Source: an uncultured delta proteobacterium
Lineage (GTDB): Bacteria > Desulfobacterota > Desulfomonilia > Desulfomonilales > Desulfomonilaceae
Assembly (NCBI GenBank): GCA_963789265.1
Contig: CAWBKB010000005.1
Location: 773,635-837,634, forward strand
DNA length: 64,000 nt
Direction: 5' to 3'
In this document: positions 33,516 to 44,969 of the stretch, in pieces
Layout: each line of letters begins with the position of its first letter
How positions within the stretch are numbered: position 1 is the stretch's first letter
Program-made: the position numbers and the translations under genes
The notes under the pieces: model-generated
Seen by the model: the letters and a program-made list of their open reading frames with translations, nothing else
What the model was told of the DNA's origin: nothing
Database searches by the model: none

Positions 33516-33658
33516 CAAGCGCGAGTGCCACTGGGAGAAAACGCGGTGGGGTGACAGTTGGCAATATTGTCCCGTAATAACGGGGCGGGGGTGGGATTGC
33601 GGTTTGTCCACGGACAGTTTCTATGAACCTGACGGAGAATCGGTCCGGCCCACAATGA

Positions 33659-34438
33659 CTATTCTATCAGCAGCTTCACGCCAACAGGACAGTGGTCCGA
33701 ACCTATAACGTCAGAGAGAATAAACGCGTCGTTCACAAGATTCAGCATTTCCCGAGCGACAAAAACGTAGTCGATTCTCCAGCCGACATTCCTTTCCCTG
33801 GCTCTAGTCTTGAGGTCCCACCAGCTATACTGACCGCCTTCGCTCTGAAACCGGCGAAACGTATCTATATATCCAAGCCTGACAACCTTATCGATCCACT
33901 CCCTTTCTTCCGGGAGAAACCCCGAAACCTTTTCGTTTTCTTTGGGTCGCGCCAGATCGATTTCGTTATGGGCCGTATTGACATCACCCAAAAAAACCAG
34001 CGCCGGTCGTTTCTTACGTAAAGATTGGATCTGCTGAAGAAAAACCTCGTAAAAGTCCATTTTGAACTGCAGCCGTTCCTTGCTTGCCTTCCCATTGGGA
34101 AAATAAATATTGAACAGCGTAAATTTGTCGAAGTCCAGTCGAATGAAGCGTCCCTCGTCGTCGAAACGCTTTATTCCCATCTCCGTTTCGACCTTGAGAG
34201 GCTCTTCCTTTGTATAAACCGCAACCCCGCTGTAACCCGGTTTCTGGGCCGAATGCCAATAAGATTTATAGTCCGGAGGCTCGATTAGTTGCGGAGGGAG
34301 TTGATCGAGCCTTGCCTTTGTTTCTTGAACGCACAGGATGTCCGGATCGGCGGCTGTCAGCCAGTCCAAGAATCCCTTCTTGTAAACGCTGCGAATCCCG
34401 TTGACATTCCAACTCAGTAGCCTAATCATTCTCTCCAT
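33659..34438 (-). CDS. xth: Exodeoxyribonuclease III
   Basis: SWNVNGIR, CVQETK, GYSGV, YFPNG, GDVNTAH, GWRIDY, SDHCP. Confidence 0.95.
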   Translation of the reverse strand: MERMIRLLSWNVNGIRSVYKKGFLDWLTAADPDILCVQETKARLDQLPPQLIEPPDYKSYWHSAQKPGYSGVAVYTKEEPLKVETEMGIKRFDDEGRFIRLDFDKFTLFNIYFPNGKASKERLQFKMDFYEVFLQQIQSLRKKRPALVFLGDVNTAHNEIDLARPKENEKVSGFLPEEREWIDKVVRLGYIDTFRRFQSEGGQYSWWDLKTRARERNVGWRIDYVFVAREMLNLVNDAFILSDVIGSDHCPVGVKLLIE

Positions 34439-34573
34439 GGCCGGCGTCCTCACAGAGATTACTTAAGGTGTACAGGTTCTGAATTCCGCGGAGCCAAAGG
34501 CTGTTTATCGTACCCTCAAGGGATTAACCTATCTTACTTCGAGGATCCTTGTGGCAGTGCCGGTGAAGAACAG

Positions 34574-34596
34574 AAAACCCGGCATCGATGCCGGGC
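34574..34596 (-). terminator. Terminator downstream of tRNA-Leu(GAG)
   Basis: CCCGGCAT-CG-ATGCCGGG palindrome with a T-run on the minus strand. Confidence 0.6.
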
Positions 34597-34610
34597 GCTA
34601 CTCGTATTCG

Positions 34611-34698
34611 TGGTGCCGAAGGCCGGACTCGAACCGGCACGAGCTTTCGCCCGCCACCCCCTCAAGATGGTGTGTCTACCAAATTCCACCACTTCGGC
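34611..34698 (-). tRNA. tRNA-Leu (GAG)
   Basis: Reverse complement GCCGAAG...CCATC-TTGAGGG-GGTGG, long variable arm, GGTTCGAGTCC, CTTCGGC-ACCA. Confidence 0.96.
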
Positions 34699-34706
34699 CC
34701 TACTGT

Positions 34707-34735
34707 AATCTACCTATTGGTGGCGCCATCGTCAA
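34707..34735 (-). promoter_or_regulatory. Sigma70-type promoter of tRNA-Leu(GAG)
   Basis: Minus strand TTGACG-17 nt-TAGATT. Confidence 0.6.
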
Positions 34736-34790
34736 GCTCAAAGAAGCGCGTCGGGCAATCATTCACTTACTTGGGGAACTTTCCGTATCC

Positions 34791-34923
34791 TGTCATTGCG
34801 AGGAGCAAATAGTGGGACAGGCATCCTGCCTGTCCATTATGGACGACGGGCAAGATGCCCGTCCCACTGGCAATCTGAGCGGGGCTTAAAGGAAGAGATT
34901 GCTTCGCTTCGCTCGCAATGACA
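34791..34923. repeat. Composite REP-like element: TGTCATTGCGAG-type pair with a nested GTGGGACAGGCATCCTGCCTGTC-type pair
   Basis: Outer units 34791-34876 and 34896-34923; inner units 34812-34834 and 34845-34867. Confidence 0.78.
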
Positions 34924-35314
34924 ATTTTTCCCACACCCAAGCAACGCTTACCGTGTATTCTGCTTGTGTCTCCAGTGATCGAGCCCTGCATGCATTGACG
35001 TGCGAGCCGACCGTAGTCTTAATCAAAGGTTTTGTGATATAAAAAACTTGTTATTTTAATAGATAAGTTCATAAATATCAATTTAAAAATAGCTTGACAA
35101 GTGAACATCGCGGTTATAATCTTTTTTTAGAAGACATGAACCTATGTAACCATGTGCCCGGCTGAGCGGCGCGTGTACGCAATACTCTGAACCAGACTGT
35201 TACGCAGTAGTTTCAGGACTTGTCGGTGTCTTCCCTGGCGACTACAGCTTTGCCATATAACCTGGCTAATTTCCCGGACTGTGAACGTAAAGTCCTGAAA
35301 CGTGGAGAAGTCCC

Positions 35315-36250
35315 TTGCATGTCCCCGTTCTCTTGCAAGAAATGCTTGTAAATCTCAGACCACATGCCGGTGGCGTCTATCTAGATGGAACCTTGGGGAC
35401 AGGCGGCTATGCGCAGGCAATTCTCGACATGTCAAATCCTGACGGGAAAGTAGTGGGCATCGACCTAGACCCTCAAGCTATATGTCGAACAATTACCCGG
35501 TTACAAAGCTACGGACAAAGGTTTCACGCCGTGCATGGAGGATTTCAGGACGCACGACAGATCCTCTCCGCTCTGAACATAGAGGCAATAGATGGGGCGG
35601 TACTGGATTTGGGTCTATCTTCCGACCAGTTGAATGATCCGAGCCGAGGCTTCAGCTTCCGGTTGAACGGCCCTTTGGATATGAGATTTGACGTGACTGC
35701 CGGACAGGACACGCTGGATCTATTAGAGACAATTTCTGTCAAGGAACTTGAAGAAATGCTTGCAACATACGGAGAAGAGAGGTATTGCAAGAAACTAGCC
35801 CGTGGGATACTCGAAGCCCGCAGGCGAAGGGCGTTGTCAACCACGCAAGACTTGGAACGCGTGGTCTCGGGAATCCTCTCAACGCGCCGAGGAAAGATTC
35901 ACCCCGCGACGCGTACTTTTCAAGCACTGAGGATTGCGGTGAACAGAGAGCTGGAGAATTTGGATCGTGCGTTGGCCGTTATGCCGTGTCTCTTGAAGCC
36001 AGGGGGCCGCTTTTGTGTGGTTTCCTACCACTCCCTTGAAGATCGCGCCGTGAAACGGGCGTTCAAAGATAGAATCCGCAGTGGTCCAAAGTGGGCTTTA
36101 GTGACCTCAAAGCCTGTGAGACCCTCAACTGAAGAGACGAAAAGCAATCCTCGATCCAGATCGGCCCGTATGCGTGTTCTCGAAGCCGTGCCACAATCCG
36201 ATTCCCGGCTTTTCATGCACGAGGCTGGTGAGACCGATGAAAGCAGCTAA
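35315..36250 (+). CDS. rsmH: 16S rRNA C1402 N4-methyltransferase
   Basis: HVPVLL, DGTLGTGG, DLGLSS, RGFSF, PLDMR, HPATRTFQALRIAVN, YHSLEDR, NPRSRSA. Confidence 0.96.
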   Translation: MHVPVLLQEMLVNLRPHAGGVYLDGTLGTGGYAQAILDMSNPDGKVVGIDLDPQAICRTITRLQSYGQRFHAVHGGFQDARQILSALNIEAIDGAVLDLGLSSDQLNDPSRGFSFRLNGPLDMRFDVTAGQDTLDLLETISVKELEEMLATYGEERYCKKLARGILEARRRRALSTTQDLERVVSGILSTRRGKIHPATRTFQALRIAVNRELENLDRALAVMPCLLKPGGRFCVVSYHSLEDRAVKRAFKDRIRSGPKWALVTSKPVRPSTEETKSNPRSRSARMRVLEAVPQSDSRLFMHEAGETDESS

Positions 36251-36599
36251 ACGTTTTTCGGCGGACAGTCTCAATCTATTCGGTCGGCTGATCCGCGCCT
36301 CGCGTCAAAGGGCTCGAGACATGGGAATCGGCCCTTTTCTCGTGGTCGTTCTGTCGGGCACAATTCTATTTGTGGGCCTTTTTTGCGTTTGGACACGGAT
36401 GCAGTTGGTTCAGATGGGATATGAGCTTTCCAGTCTAGAAAACGAGAATAACAACCTTAAGAAACGCAAAACGGAACTACTGCTCGAGATTGCCTCCTTG
36501 CAGTCCCCTCAAGAGCTCGAAAAGAAGGCCGGTAAGATGGGTTTGGCGCTCCCGGCCATGGGGAAGGTGGTACATGTACCCGTAAGGCTAAGCCCATAA
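36237..36599 (+). CDS. ftsL: Cell division protein FtsL
   Basis: TM plus coiled coil between rsmH and ftsI; the true stop is probably ~36584 if the extra C near 36580 is removed. Confidence 0.85.
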   Translation: MKAAKRFSADSLNLFGRLIRASRQRARDMGIGPFLVVVLSGTILFVGLFCVWTRMQLVQMGYELSSLENENNNLKKRKTELLLEIASLQSPQELEKKAGKMGLALPAMGKVVHVPVRLSP

Positions 36600-38545
36600 A
36601 CTGGACGGCATTTCGAATCGCCCTTGTGGCGGTGATGTTTGCCGCAGTTACTGTGACGCTTATGGTGCGTGCGTACAGATTGCAAGTATATGATTCAGAG
36701 GCGCTGAAGAAGCGCGCACAAAAACAGCGAACCAGAGTCATTCATCTTGAGCCTCGCCGCGGGATGATTCTGGACAGGTCAGGCGAACAGATGGCCGCCA
36801 GCCTGGAAGTAAAATCCGTCTACGCCAAGCCCAGAAAGATCAAGAACAAGAAAGAAACCGCCAGGATTCTCGCAGAAATTTTGGAGACAGATCAAAAGGA
36901 AATCCTGCACAAACTTACTGAACAAAAGGCCTTTGTATGGATACGCCGCCACGTCTCTCCGCTTGTGACCGAAAAGATCAAGGCGGCAGATCTCGCCGGA
37001 GTGCTGACTGTAACCGAATTTCAACGGTTTTATCCTCTGAAAGGTCTCGCAGCCCATGCGCTGGGTTTCGCGGGGATAGATTCAACAGGCTTGGAAGGCT
37101 TAGAGCTCTTTTATGACAGCGATCTGAAAGCAGATCCAATTCCGGTTACTGCCCCAAGGGATGCCCTGGGCAGACCGGTCATATTCGCCGCAGCCGGTCA
37201 GGATCCCAAAAGACGCGATTTGCATCTAACACTGGACCGAAACATACAGTACGTGGCTGAAAAGGAGTTACAGGAGGCGGTCCGAACGGCCCAGGCCAAG
37301 AGCGGAATTGCCATTGTCATGGATGCCGATTCAGGTGAAATTCTGGCGATGGCTGTTCGGCCCTCGTACAACCCCAATGTCTTTCAAAAGGTGCCGGCAG
37401 AAGTAAAGAGAAATCGCAGCGTTGCCGACACGTTTGAACCAGGATCTACTTTCAAGGTGTTTCTTGCCGCCACTGCACTGGACTTGGGCAAGGTGTCACG
37501 AAAACAGACATTCAATTGTCAAAACGGTCTTTATCGTTATAATGGTTCAGAGATCCACGACATAGTACCCCACAAGATCTTGTCCTTTGATAATGTGATA
37601 GTGCATTCCAGTAACATAGGTGCGGTGAAAATTTCCGAAACCCTGAGCAAAAGTGAATTTTTCAGGGTACTGACCGGGTTCGGCTTCGGCTCCCTCACCG
37701 GTGTGGACCTCCCCGGAGAGCGTCCCGGGCTCTTGCCACTGCCGGGCCGCTGGTCGGCACTCACAAAGGGGAATATCGCTTTCGGTCAGGGGATCGCCGT
37801 AAATGCGGTGCAACTAGTGACAGCCTTTGCCGCCGCGATAAACGGCGGCCGTCTCTATAGACCGCATTTGATGAAGCGGGTTACCAACGCCCTGGGGGAG
37901 ACCATCAGAGAGAACCCACCATTTCTTGTCCGAAAGATTATTAAACCGTCCACTTCTGAGGAGCTTGTCGAGATCCTCAGATTAGCAGTGGCGAAAGGTA
38001 CCGGCAAAGCCGCGGGCATACCCGGTGTAGATGTCGTAGGAAAGACCGGCACGGCACAGAAGGCAAATTCCTCGGGTGGATACTCTCGAAACAAATACGT
38101 AGCTTCTTTTATCGGCGCTCTGATAGGAATAAAACCGCGGCTGGTCATCTTCGTGATGATAGATGAGCCGATGGGGAAGTATAGGACAGGAGGCAAGATT
38201 GCAGCACCGGCATTCCGGAAAATCGGCCAAGGGATTCTAGCGCTGTGCGGCAGCAAACCTAGCAATGTGAATCTAATTCTCGCTTCTGCAATAAATGGAC
38301 TCCAAAAGGGCGCTACCGCCCCTATACCAAGAGTCATCCTGCGAAAAGGACCACGGCCGGGGGAATGGATTGTGCCCAACCTCAAGGGGCTTGACACGCG
38401 CCGGACCCTGGAAGTGTGTGGAAAAATGAAGTGCGACGCCTCTTTTCAGGGCACGGGGCACGTGGTGAACCAGAATCCTAAACCTGGAAGCATTTTGAAA
38501 GAAGGGGCCCCACTTACGGTCACCTTCAAAGGACAGACATCTTGA
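36574..38545 (+). CDS. ftsI: Class B PBP (FtsI) with C-terminal PASTA domain
   Basis: RRGMILDR, RFYP, GLEGLE, EPGSTFK, SSN, GKTGTAQK; ATG 36574 joins ORF 36626..38545 if one C is removed. Confidence 0.93.
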
Positions 38546-40150
38546 CCAAAGGATTAACAGAAATCGTTGCCGTCTTGGAAAATTCCACGGTATATGGAGA
38601 CCTGTCCGTACGGATTTCCGGGGTCACTTACGACAGCAGGAAAGTACGGCCGGGTTGGCTATTCGTTGCCATGACGGGCGAGAACACCGATGGTCATGAA
38701 TTCATAGGGCAAGCAATCAGGGCCGGCGCGTCGGCTGTGATAGCGGAGAGACCACGGACTCGTGAATTCGAACCTATCCCGTGGGCGAGAGTACCGGATT
38801 CAAGATCTACCCTGGGCCCTGTGGCCGCGGTCCTGAACGGCCACCCGAGCAGAGAAACGGTTCTTGTGGGAATAACCGGAACCAACGGGAAGACTACTCT
38901 CACGTTTCTCATGGAAGCTATCGTGAAAGCCGCCGGCGGCAAGCCGGGCGTGATCGGAACGATCTCATACCGATGGGCTGATGGGCAGGTCACAGCCGTC
39001 CACACGACTCCTGAGGCCTCGGACCTCCAGTTCCTGTTCAGAGAGATGGTAGAGGCAGGGGTCACCCATGCTTTCGTCGAAGTGTCGTCTCACGGCCTTC
39101 ATCGCGGTAGACTTTTGGGTTGCGAGTTCGATATGGGCGTTTTCACGAATCTTACTCAGGATCATCTCGATTATCACGGAAACCTGGAAGATTACTACCT
39201 CGCCAAACAAGTGCTGTTCACTAAGTTGCTCCCCGCTTCGTCAAAAAAGGACCTCGCTGCGGTAGTAAACGCGGACGATCCGTACGGTCGACGGCTGGCT
39301 TTGGAAACAAAGCGCGTGCGAGTCTTGCGATACGGACAATCCCCGGATTTCGAAATCCACCCTACGGCAGTCAATGTGACCGCCGAGGGTATTTCTGCAA
39401 CCGTCGTCACTCCGAAAGGGCCTGTAAGAATCACCTCCCGGCTTACGGGGTCCTTCAATCTCATGAATATTCTCGCAGCGGTCGCGGTAGCTGAGAAGTT
39501 GGACATTCCTTTAAATGCCGTTCAAAAAGGCATAGAGACGGTGGATAACATTCCCGGCAGGTTGGAAAGGGTTATTTGCTCGAACGGAACCATATTTGTC
39601 GATTATGCTCACACCCCTAATGCTTTGAAGAACGTGCTGGAGGCTCTGCGGATCATTCGAACCGGCCGCATCATTACCGTGATGGGATGCGGCGGTGATA
39701 GGGACAAGAGCAAGCGACCTCTCATGGGAATGGAAGCAGCAGCAGGAAGCGATTTCGTCATAGTCACTTCGGACAATCCTCGTACGGAAGATCCTCTAGC
39801 CATCATCAGACAAGTTGAAGCAGGGGTGCGTTCGTACGGGTTCAAACGTTGTGACGAAGCGCTGAACGGACAACCACTCGAATCGTGTTGCTACACGGTA
39901 ATTCCCGAACGCCGCGACGCGATAGCATGGGCGGTGAAACATCTGAATAGCCAGGACGTTTCTGCTCGTGGCGGGCAAAGGCCACGAAACATATCAAGAG
40001 ATGAACGGAGTCCGTTATCCTTTCGACGACAGGGAAGTAATTCGGGAAGAGCTCAAGACACATGCAGCGCTTAGGCAAGCGCCCGCCAAGGGTTCATCCG
40101 TGGTAGACCCAATCGACCATTCACATGGAGACCGTGAGGAAACGCGATAA
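38542..40150 (+). CDS. murE: UDP-MurNAc-tripeptide synthetase (frameshift near 39960)
   Basis: [49 protein letters not shown] lies in the next frame. Confidence 0.95.
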
Positions 40151-41550
40151 TGAGAGCCGAAAGTGGACCATATCCGGCGGCTGAAATCGTGCAGGCTTGT
40201 CAAGGCACGCTGTTGGCCGGAGATCTGCTGATCACGTTCCACGCGATCTCTACGGATTCCCGAGACATTAAGGATAATGACCTTTTCGTGCCGTTAAAAG
40301 GGACAAATTTTGACGGCCATGAGTTTCTTTTTCCGGCCCTGGAAGCCGGAGCCCGAGGCTGCCTGGTGGATCGCGAAGTAAACAGGGAAATCTACAAAAG
40401 TCACTCCAACCATGTCCTGATCCAGGTGCAGGACACCCTCCTAGCTTTATCTGACCTTGCATCAGCCCACCGTAAGAAATATCCCGTCCCCCTGATCGCG
40501 ATTACCGGCTCCTCGGGCAAAACCACCGTTAAGGAGATGATTGCGACTGTCTTGCGGCAGTCGCACCATCCCCTGGTGTCGCAAGGAAATTACAATAATA
40601 TGATTGGTTTACCCATGAGCATTCTCAACCTGGGTCCCAATCATTCCGTGGCCGTTGTGGAGGCCGGCATAAACAAAAGTGGTGAAATGGACTTCTTGGC
40701 CCAAGCCGCCTCTCCCGATGTGGCCGTAATCACGACAGTCGGCCCTGTTCATCTGGAAGGTTTGGGTTCAATCGAGAAAGTGGCACACGAAAAATTCAAG
40801 CTTGTGCAGGCGCTACCTCCAAACGGAACCGCGATAATCCCAGCGGGAAATCCTTACCTGAAGCCACTGTTACACAAATCCTCCTGCAATGTGTTAACTT
40901 TTGGGCTGGAATGCGGAGACTTCAGGACGGACAACATCCGATATGGGGTTGAGACGACATTTGAAGTAATATCTCCCTGGGGAAAGCAGGAAATCAGGTT
41001 GCGAATTCCAGGACAACACAATATTGCCAATGCTCTGCAGCAGCCGCGGCCTGTTCCGCGGCGGGAGTTCCTTTACATGACGTGGCCCGCGCATTGAGCC
41101 GGTTTTCACCCCCATCGTGGCGAATGGAAATTCTCTCCCTCCGCGGGAATAGGGTCCTGATTCTAGACTGTTATAACGCCAACCCTCAATCGGTAAAAGC
41201 GGCTCTGGAAGTCCTCGCAAGGCTGGGCAGAGGATCAAAAACTCTGGCCATTCTCGCTGACATGGCGGAACTGGGAAACCAAAGCGCAGGGCTGCATGTG
41301 GAGATGGGAAAAGAAGCGGCACGTCTGGGAATTGACCGCCTGGTTTTTGTAGGGGATTACGGCCGATTCTTCGCCGACGGGTACGTTTCAGGCGGAGGGG
41401 ATGCAAAGTCCGTCACGCCGGCTCCTGATAAGGAATCGGCCTGGAACGTCATTGGTCCGGAAGTTGAGAACTTTGGAATTGTTTCTTGTTAAGGGATCTC
41501 GCTTGATGAAAATGGAAACCATTGCCGATCGTATTCTCGGGGAGAACTAG
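40150..41550 (+). CDS. murF: UDP-MurNAc-pentapeptide synthetase (frameshifts near 41037 and 41482)
   Basis: STDSR, ITGSSGKTTVKE, NNMIGLP, DCYNANP, DMAELG, VKGSR across three frames. Confidence 0.93.
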
Positions 41551-41553
41551 CCC

Positions 41554-42630
41554 ATGCTTTATCATCTACTCTATCCCCTGGGCACCGATTTGATCTTGTT
41601 CAACGTCTTCAAGTATATCTCTTTCAGGGCCATCATGGCCACGCTCACAGCCCTGATGATCAGTTTTTTGCTTGGGCGCCCGCTTGTGGACTACCTCAAG
41701 GAATTCCAAATAGGCCAGATGATCAGGGACGACGGGCCCAAGAGTCACTTTGAAAAGAGCGGCACACCAACTATGGGCGGTGTGCTCATCCTTTTCGCCA
41801 TGACCATCTCATGTCTTCTATGGACCCGTCTCGACAACTTTTACTTTTGGATAGTGCTAGGAATAACCCTATCTTACGGAGCAATCGGGTTTCTTGACGA
41901 TTACCTCAAGATTACTCGTCACAATCACAGAGGATTGCCGGCAAAGCACAAACTGTTCTTTCAACTGATTATAGGAGGCTTGGTCGGTTTGTTTCTCTGG
42001 ATGGATCCGGCATTCAAGACCACACTGGCCGTACCATTTTTTAAAAACGTCCATCCCGACCTGGGGATCTGGTACATCCCCTTTGCTGCTCTCGTCATTG
42101 CAGGGGCTTCCAACGCGGTAAATCTAACCGACGGGCTTGACGGGTTGGCCATAGGGCCGGTCATGATTTGTGCCGCTACGTACCTACTGTTTGCGTACGT
42201 GGCCGGTCATCTGAAACTGGCCCATTATCTTCAGGTCATCTATGTCCCCGGCTCCGGAGAACTAGCTGTGGTCTGCGGTGCCATGTTGGGCGCAAGTATG
42301 GGATTTCTCTGGTACAACGCATATCCGGCCGAGGTCTTTATGGGCGATGTGGGCTCTCTTTCTCTCGGCGGTCTCCTGGGGGCTGTTGCTGTAGTCACCA
42401 AGAACGAGATCCTTTTGGCCATCGCCGGCGGGGTTTTTGTGATCGAGGCGGCCTCCGTGATCCTTCAAGTGGTCTCTTTCAAAGCCACCGGCAAGAGGAT
42501 CTTCAACATGGCCCCTATACATCACCATTTCGAACTTAAAGGCTGGCCGGAACCCAAGGTAATCGTAAGGTTCTGGATCATATCCATTTTCTTTGCGCTT
42601 ATGGCAGTCAGCACCTTGAAGCTACGCTGA
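41554..42630 (+). CDS. mraY: Phospho-N-acetylmuramoyl-pentapeptide transferase
   Basis: [42 protein letters not shown]. Confidence 0.98.
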   Translation: MLYHLLYPLGTDLILFNVFKYISFRAIMATLTALMISFLLGRPLVDYLKEFQIGQMIRDDGPKSHFEKSGTPTMGGVLILFAMTISCLLWTRLDNFYFWIVLGITLSYGAIGFLDDYLKITRHNHRGLPAKHKLFFQLIIGGLVGLFLWMDPAFKTTLAVPFFKNVHPDLGIWYIPFAALVIAGASNAVNLTDGLDGLAIGPVMICAATYLLFAYVAGHLKLAHYLQVIYVPGSGELAVVCGAMLGASMGFLWYNAYPAEVFMGDVGSLSLGGLLGAVAVVTKNEILLAIAGGVFVIEAASVILQVVSFKATGKRIFNMAPIHHHFELKGWPEPKVIVRFWIISIFFALMAVSTLKLR

Positions 42631-42723
42631 AGGCGTTCAAGGTTAACAAGTGAATGCAAACAGGGGGTGATCCGATCATAGCGATTGCAGGGATTGGACA
42701 GCATTGAATTTCAGGAGAGAATT

Positions 42724-43890
42724 ATGGGCATGATAGCCCACCACAATACAGAGGTAGGGACAAAGAGGGCCGCGAAAAGCCTCGGCCCCGATCCTTTTTT
42801 GTTAATGATCGTGTTGATGATCCTCACCATTGGTGTGGTGATGATTACGTCGGCAGGTTACATCATTGCGGTGGGAAAGTTCGGCGATGGGCTCTATTAC
42901 ACGAAAAAGCAGGGCTTCGCCATGTTGCTCGGCCTTGGCATCATGTATTTGTTTTCCGTAATTAATCCAAATTTTTGGCGGCGGGCAGCTTTGCCATTGA
43001 TGGGATTGAGTATACTGCTGCTCACGCTGGTCTTCGTTCCCGGCTTGGGAGTAGAAATGGGCGGATCCCGACGATGGATGCGCCTCCCTTTAGGCTTTTA
43101 CCTTCAACCCTCCGAAATCATCAAGTACGCCCTTATAATGTTCATGGCCTGCTCACTGGCCAAGAAAGGAACCGGCATCAAGGATTTCGCCGTCGGTTTT
43201 CTCCCGCATGTACTTGTCATTGGGATAGTGGTCTTCTTAATTTTGAGGCAACCGGATTTTGGTACTGCAGTAATCCTAACTATAGTAGGTTTCCTAATGC
43301 TATTCATAGCGGGAGGAAGGCTACAACACCTCTTTGGGTGTGCCGTACTATGTTTGCCATTCCTGTTTCAGGTTGCTGTCAGCGCCCCCTATAGAATACT
43401 CAGGATCAAGACTTATCTCGATCCGTGGCACGATCCGCTGAATTCCGGATTTCAGATCATACAGAGCCTGGTAGCTTTCGGTTGCGGAGGTTTTTGGGGT
43501 GTGGGCATAGGCAAAGGAATTCAGAAGCTTTTCTATCTTCCCCAGCCACACACTGACTTCATTTTTGCCGTCGTCGGCGAAGAACTGGGGCTGGTCGGAG
43601 TTATTTTTGTCATACTGCTGTTCTACCTCCTGGTCTGTCGTGGTCTGGCTGTCGCCATAAGGAGCGTGGACAACTTTCAGAGATACCTGGCATTCGGTAT
43701 CACTTCTCTTATTGGGCTCCAAGCCATGATCAACATGGCCGTAACCATGGGCATGTTGCCGACAAAGGGGCTTCCTTTGCCCCTTGTATCTGTCGGCGGC
43801 ACCTCACTTGTGATGAATCTGGCCGGTATAGGAATTCTCATGGCCATAACCAAGACTACGCAAGCTAATGCAAACGGGGAAAAGTCATGA
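42724..43890 (+). CDS. ftsW: SEDS peptidoglycan polymerase FtsW
   Basis: GSRRW, QPSEIIK, QPDFGT, YLPQPHTDFIFAVVGEELG, PTKGLPLP. Confidence 0.95.
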   Translation: MGMIAHHNTEVGTKRAAKSLGPDPFLLMIVLMILTIGVVMITSAGYIIAVGKFGDGLYYTKKQGFAMLLGLGIMYLFSVINPNFWRRAALPLMGLSILLLTLVFVPGLGVEMGGSRRWMRLPLGFYLQPSEIIKYALIMFMACSLAKKGTGIKDFAVGFLPHVLVIGIVVFLILRQPDFGTAVILTIVGFLMLFIAGGRLQHLFGCAVLCLPFLFQVAVSAPYRILRIKTYLDPWHDPLNSGFQIIQSLVAFGCGGFWGVGIGKGIQKLFYLPQPHTDFIFAVVGEELGLVGVIFVILLFYLLVCRGLAVAIRSVDNFQRYLAFGITSLIGLQAMINMAVTMGMLPTKGLPLPLVSVGGTSLVMNLAGIGILMAITKTTQANANGEKS

Positions 43891-44969
43891 GACTCCTGAT
43901 TGCAGGCGGGGGAACCGGCGGTCATGTCTTCCCTGCCATTGCCATAGCCCAAGCGGTAAAGGCCGAGGACGCGAACGCGAGCATCCTTTTCGTAGGGACT
44001 CGCCACGGTATAGAGAAACGGATTGTGGGTGATACCGGCTACCCTATGCGCTTCGTCTCTGCCAGAGGGATGAGACAAACCGGCTTTCTCAACAACTTCT
44101 TGGGTGCGCTGGAACTTCCGCTGGGAGCCCTTCAGTCTGTCGCCATTATCCGAGAATTTAGACCCGGCTTTGTCCTGGGCGTGGGGGGATACGCATCGGG
44201 CCCCACGCTGGCCGCCGCTGTCCTCATGCGAATCCCCAACGCAATCCAAGAGCAGAATTCGGTGATGGGGACAACCAATCGCATACTCTCGAAGTTTGTG
44301 GACAGAATTTTTACCTCATGGGAAGACACAGAACCTTCGCTTCCAGCGAAAAAGGTACTACTGACGGGCAATCCCGTGAGAAGCGACCTGCTGCTGGGGG
44401 AAAGTCCTACGAAGGGACGAAAGAAGCTGCATATACTTATCTTTGGGGGATCTCGCGGGGCTCGAAGCATCAATCTGGCGGTTTCCGGGAACCTGGATCT
44501 GCTGGCCCCCGTAGCGGACAAAGTACATGTCCTCCATCAGACAGGACTGGGAGCAACCGAAGAAGTTAAAAGGTCCTACGAGCGGCACGGAATCCAGGCT
44601 GATGTGCGAGAATTCATTCATGAGATGGGGCCTGCATATCATTGGGCCGATCTTATAGTGTGCCGAAGCGGCGCTGGTTCCCTCGCGGAAATCACGGCCC
44701 TTGGAAAGCCTGCTATTGTAGTCCCTTACCCATACGCAATAGGGGATCACCAGATGCGAAACGCACGCGTGCTCGAGGCCCGTGGTGCGGTTAAAGTCAT
44801 TCCAGACGAGAAGCTAAAAAACGGCGTTTTAAGCAAAGAAATCAAGCATATCTCAGAACATCCTCAACTATTAAATGACATGGCAGATAACTCGCGTAAA
44901 TTGGGCCGGCCTGACGCGGCCAGGATCATTGCCAGGGAGATACTGAAGGTCGAAAGGAGCCGCAAGTGA
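43887..44969 (+). CDS. murG: MurG GlcNAc transferase
   Basis: GGGTGGHVFP, GGYAS, EQN, GNPVR, GGSRGA, RSGA. Confidence 0.97.
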   Translation: MRLLIAGGGTGGHVFPAIAIAQAVKAEDANASILFVGTRHGIEKRIVGDTGYPMRFVSARGMRQTGFLNNFLGALELPLGALQSVAIIREFRPGFVLGVGGYASGPTLAAAVLMRIPNAIQEQNSVMGTTNRILSKFVDRIFTSWEDTEPSLPAKKVLLTGNPVRSDLLLGESPTKGRKKLHILIFGGSRGARSINLAVSGNLDLLAPVADKVHVLHQTGLGATEEVKRSYERHGIQADVREFIHEMGPAYHWADLIVCRSGAGSLAEITALGKPAIVVPYPYAIGDHQMRNARVLEARGAVKVIPDEKLKNGVLSKEIKHISEHPQLLNDMADNSRKLGRPDAARIIAREILKVERSRK

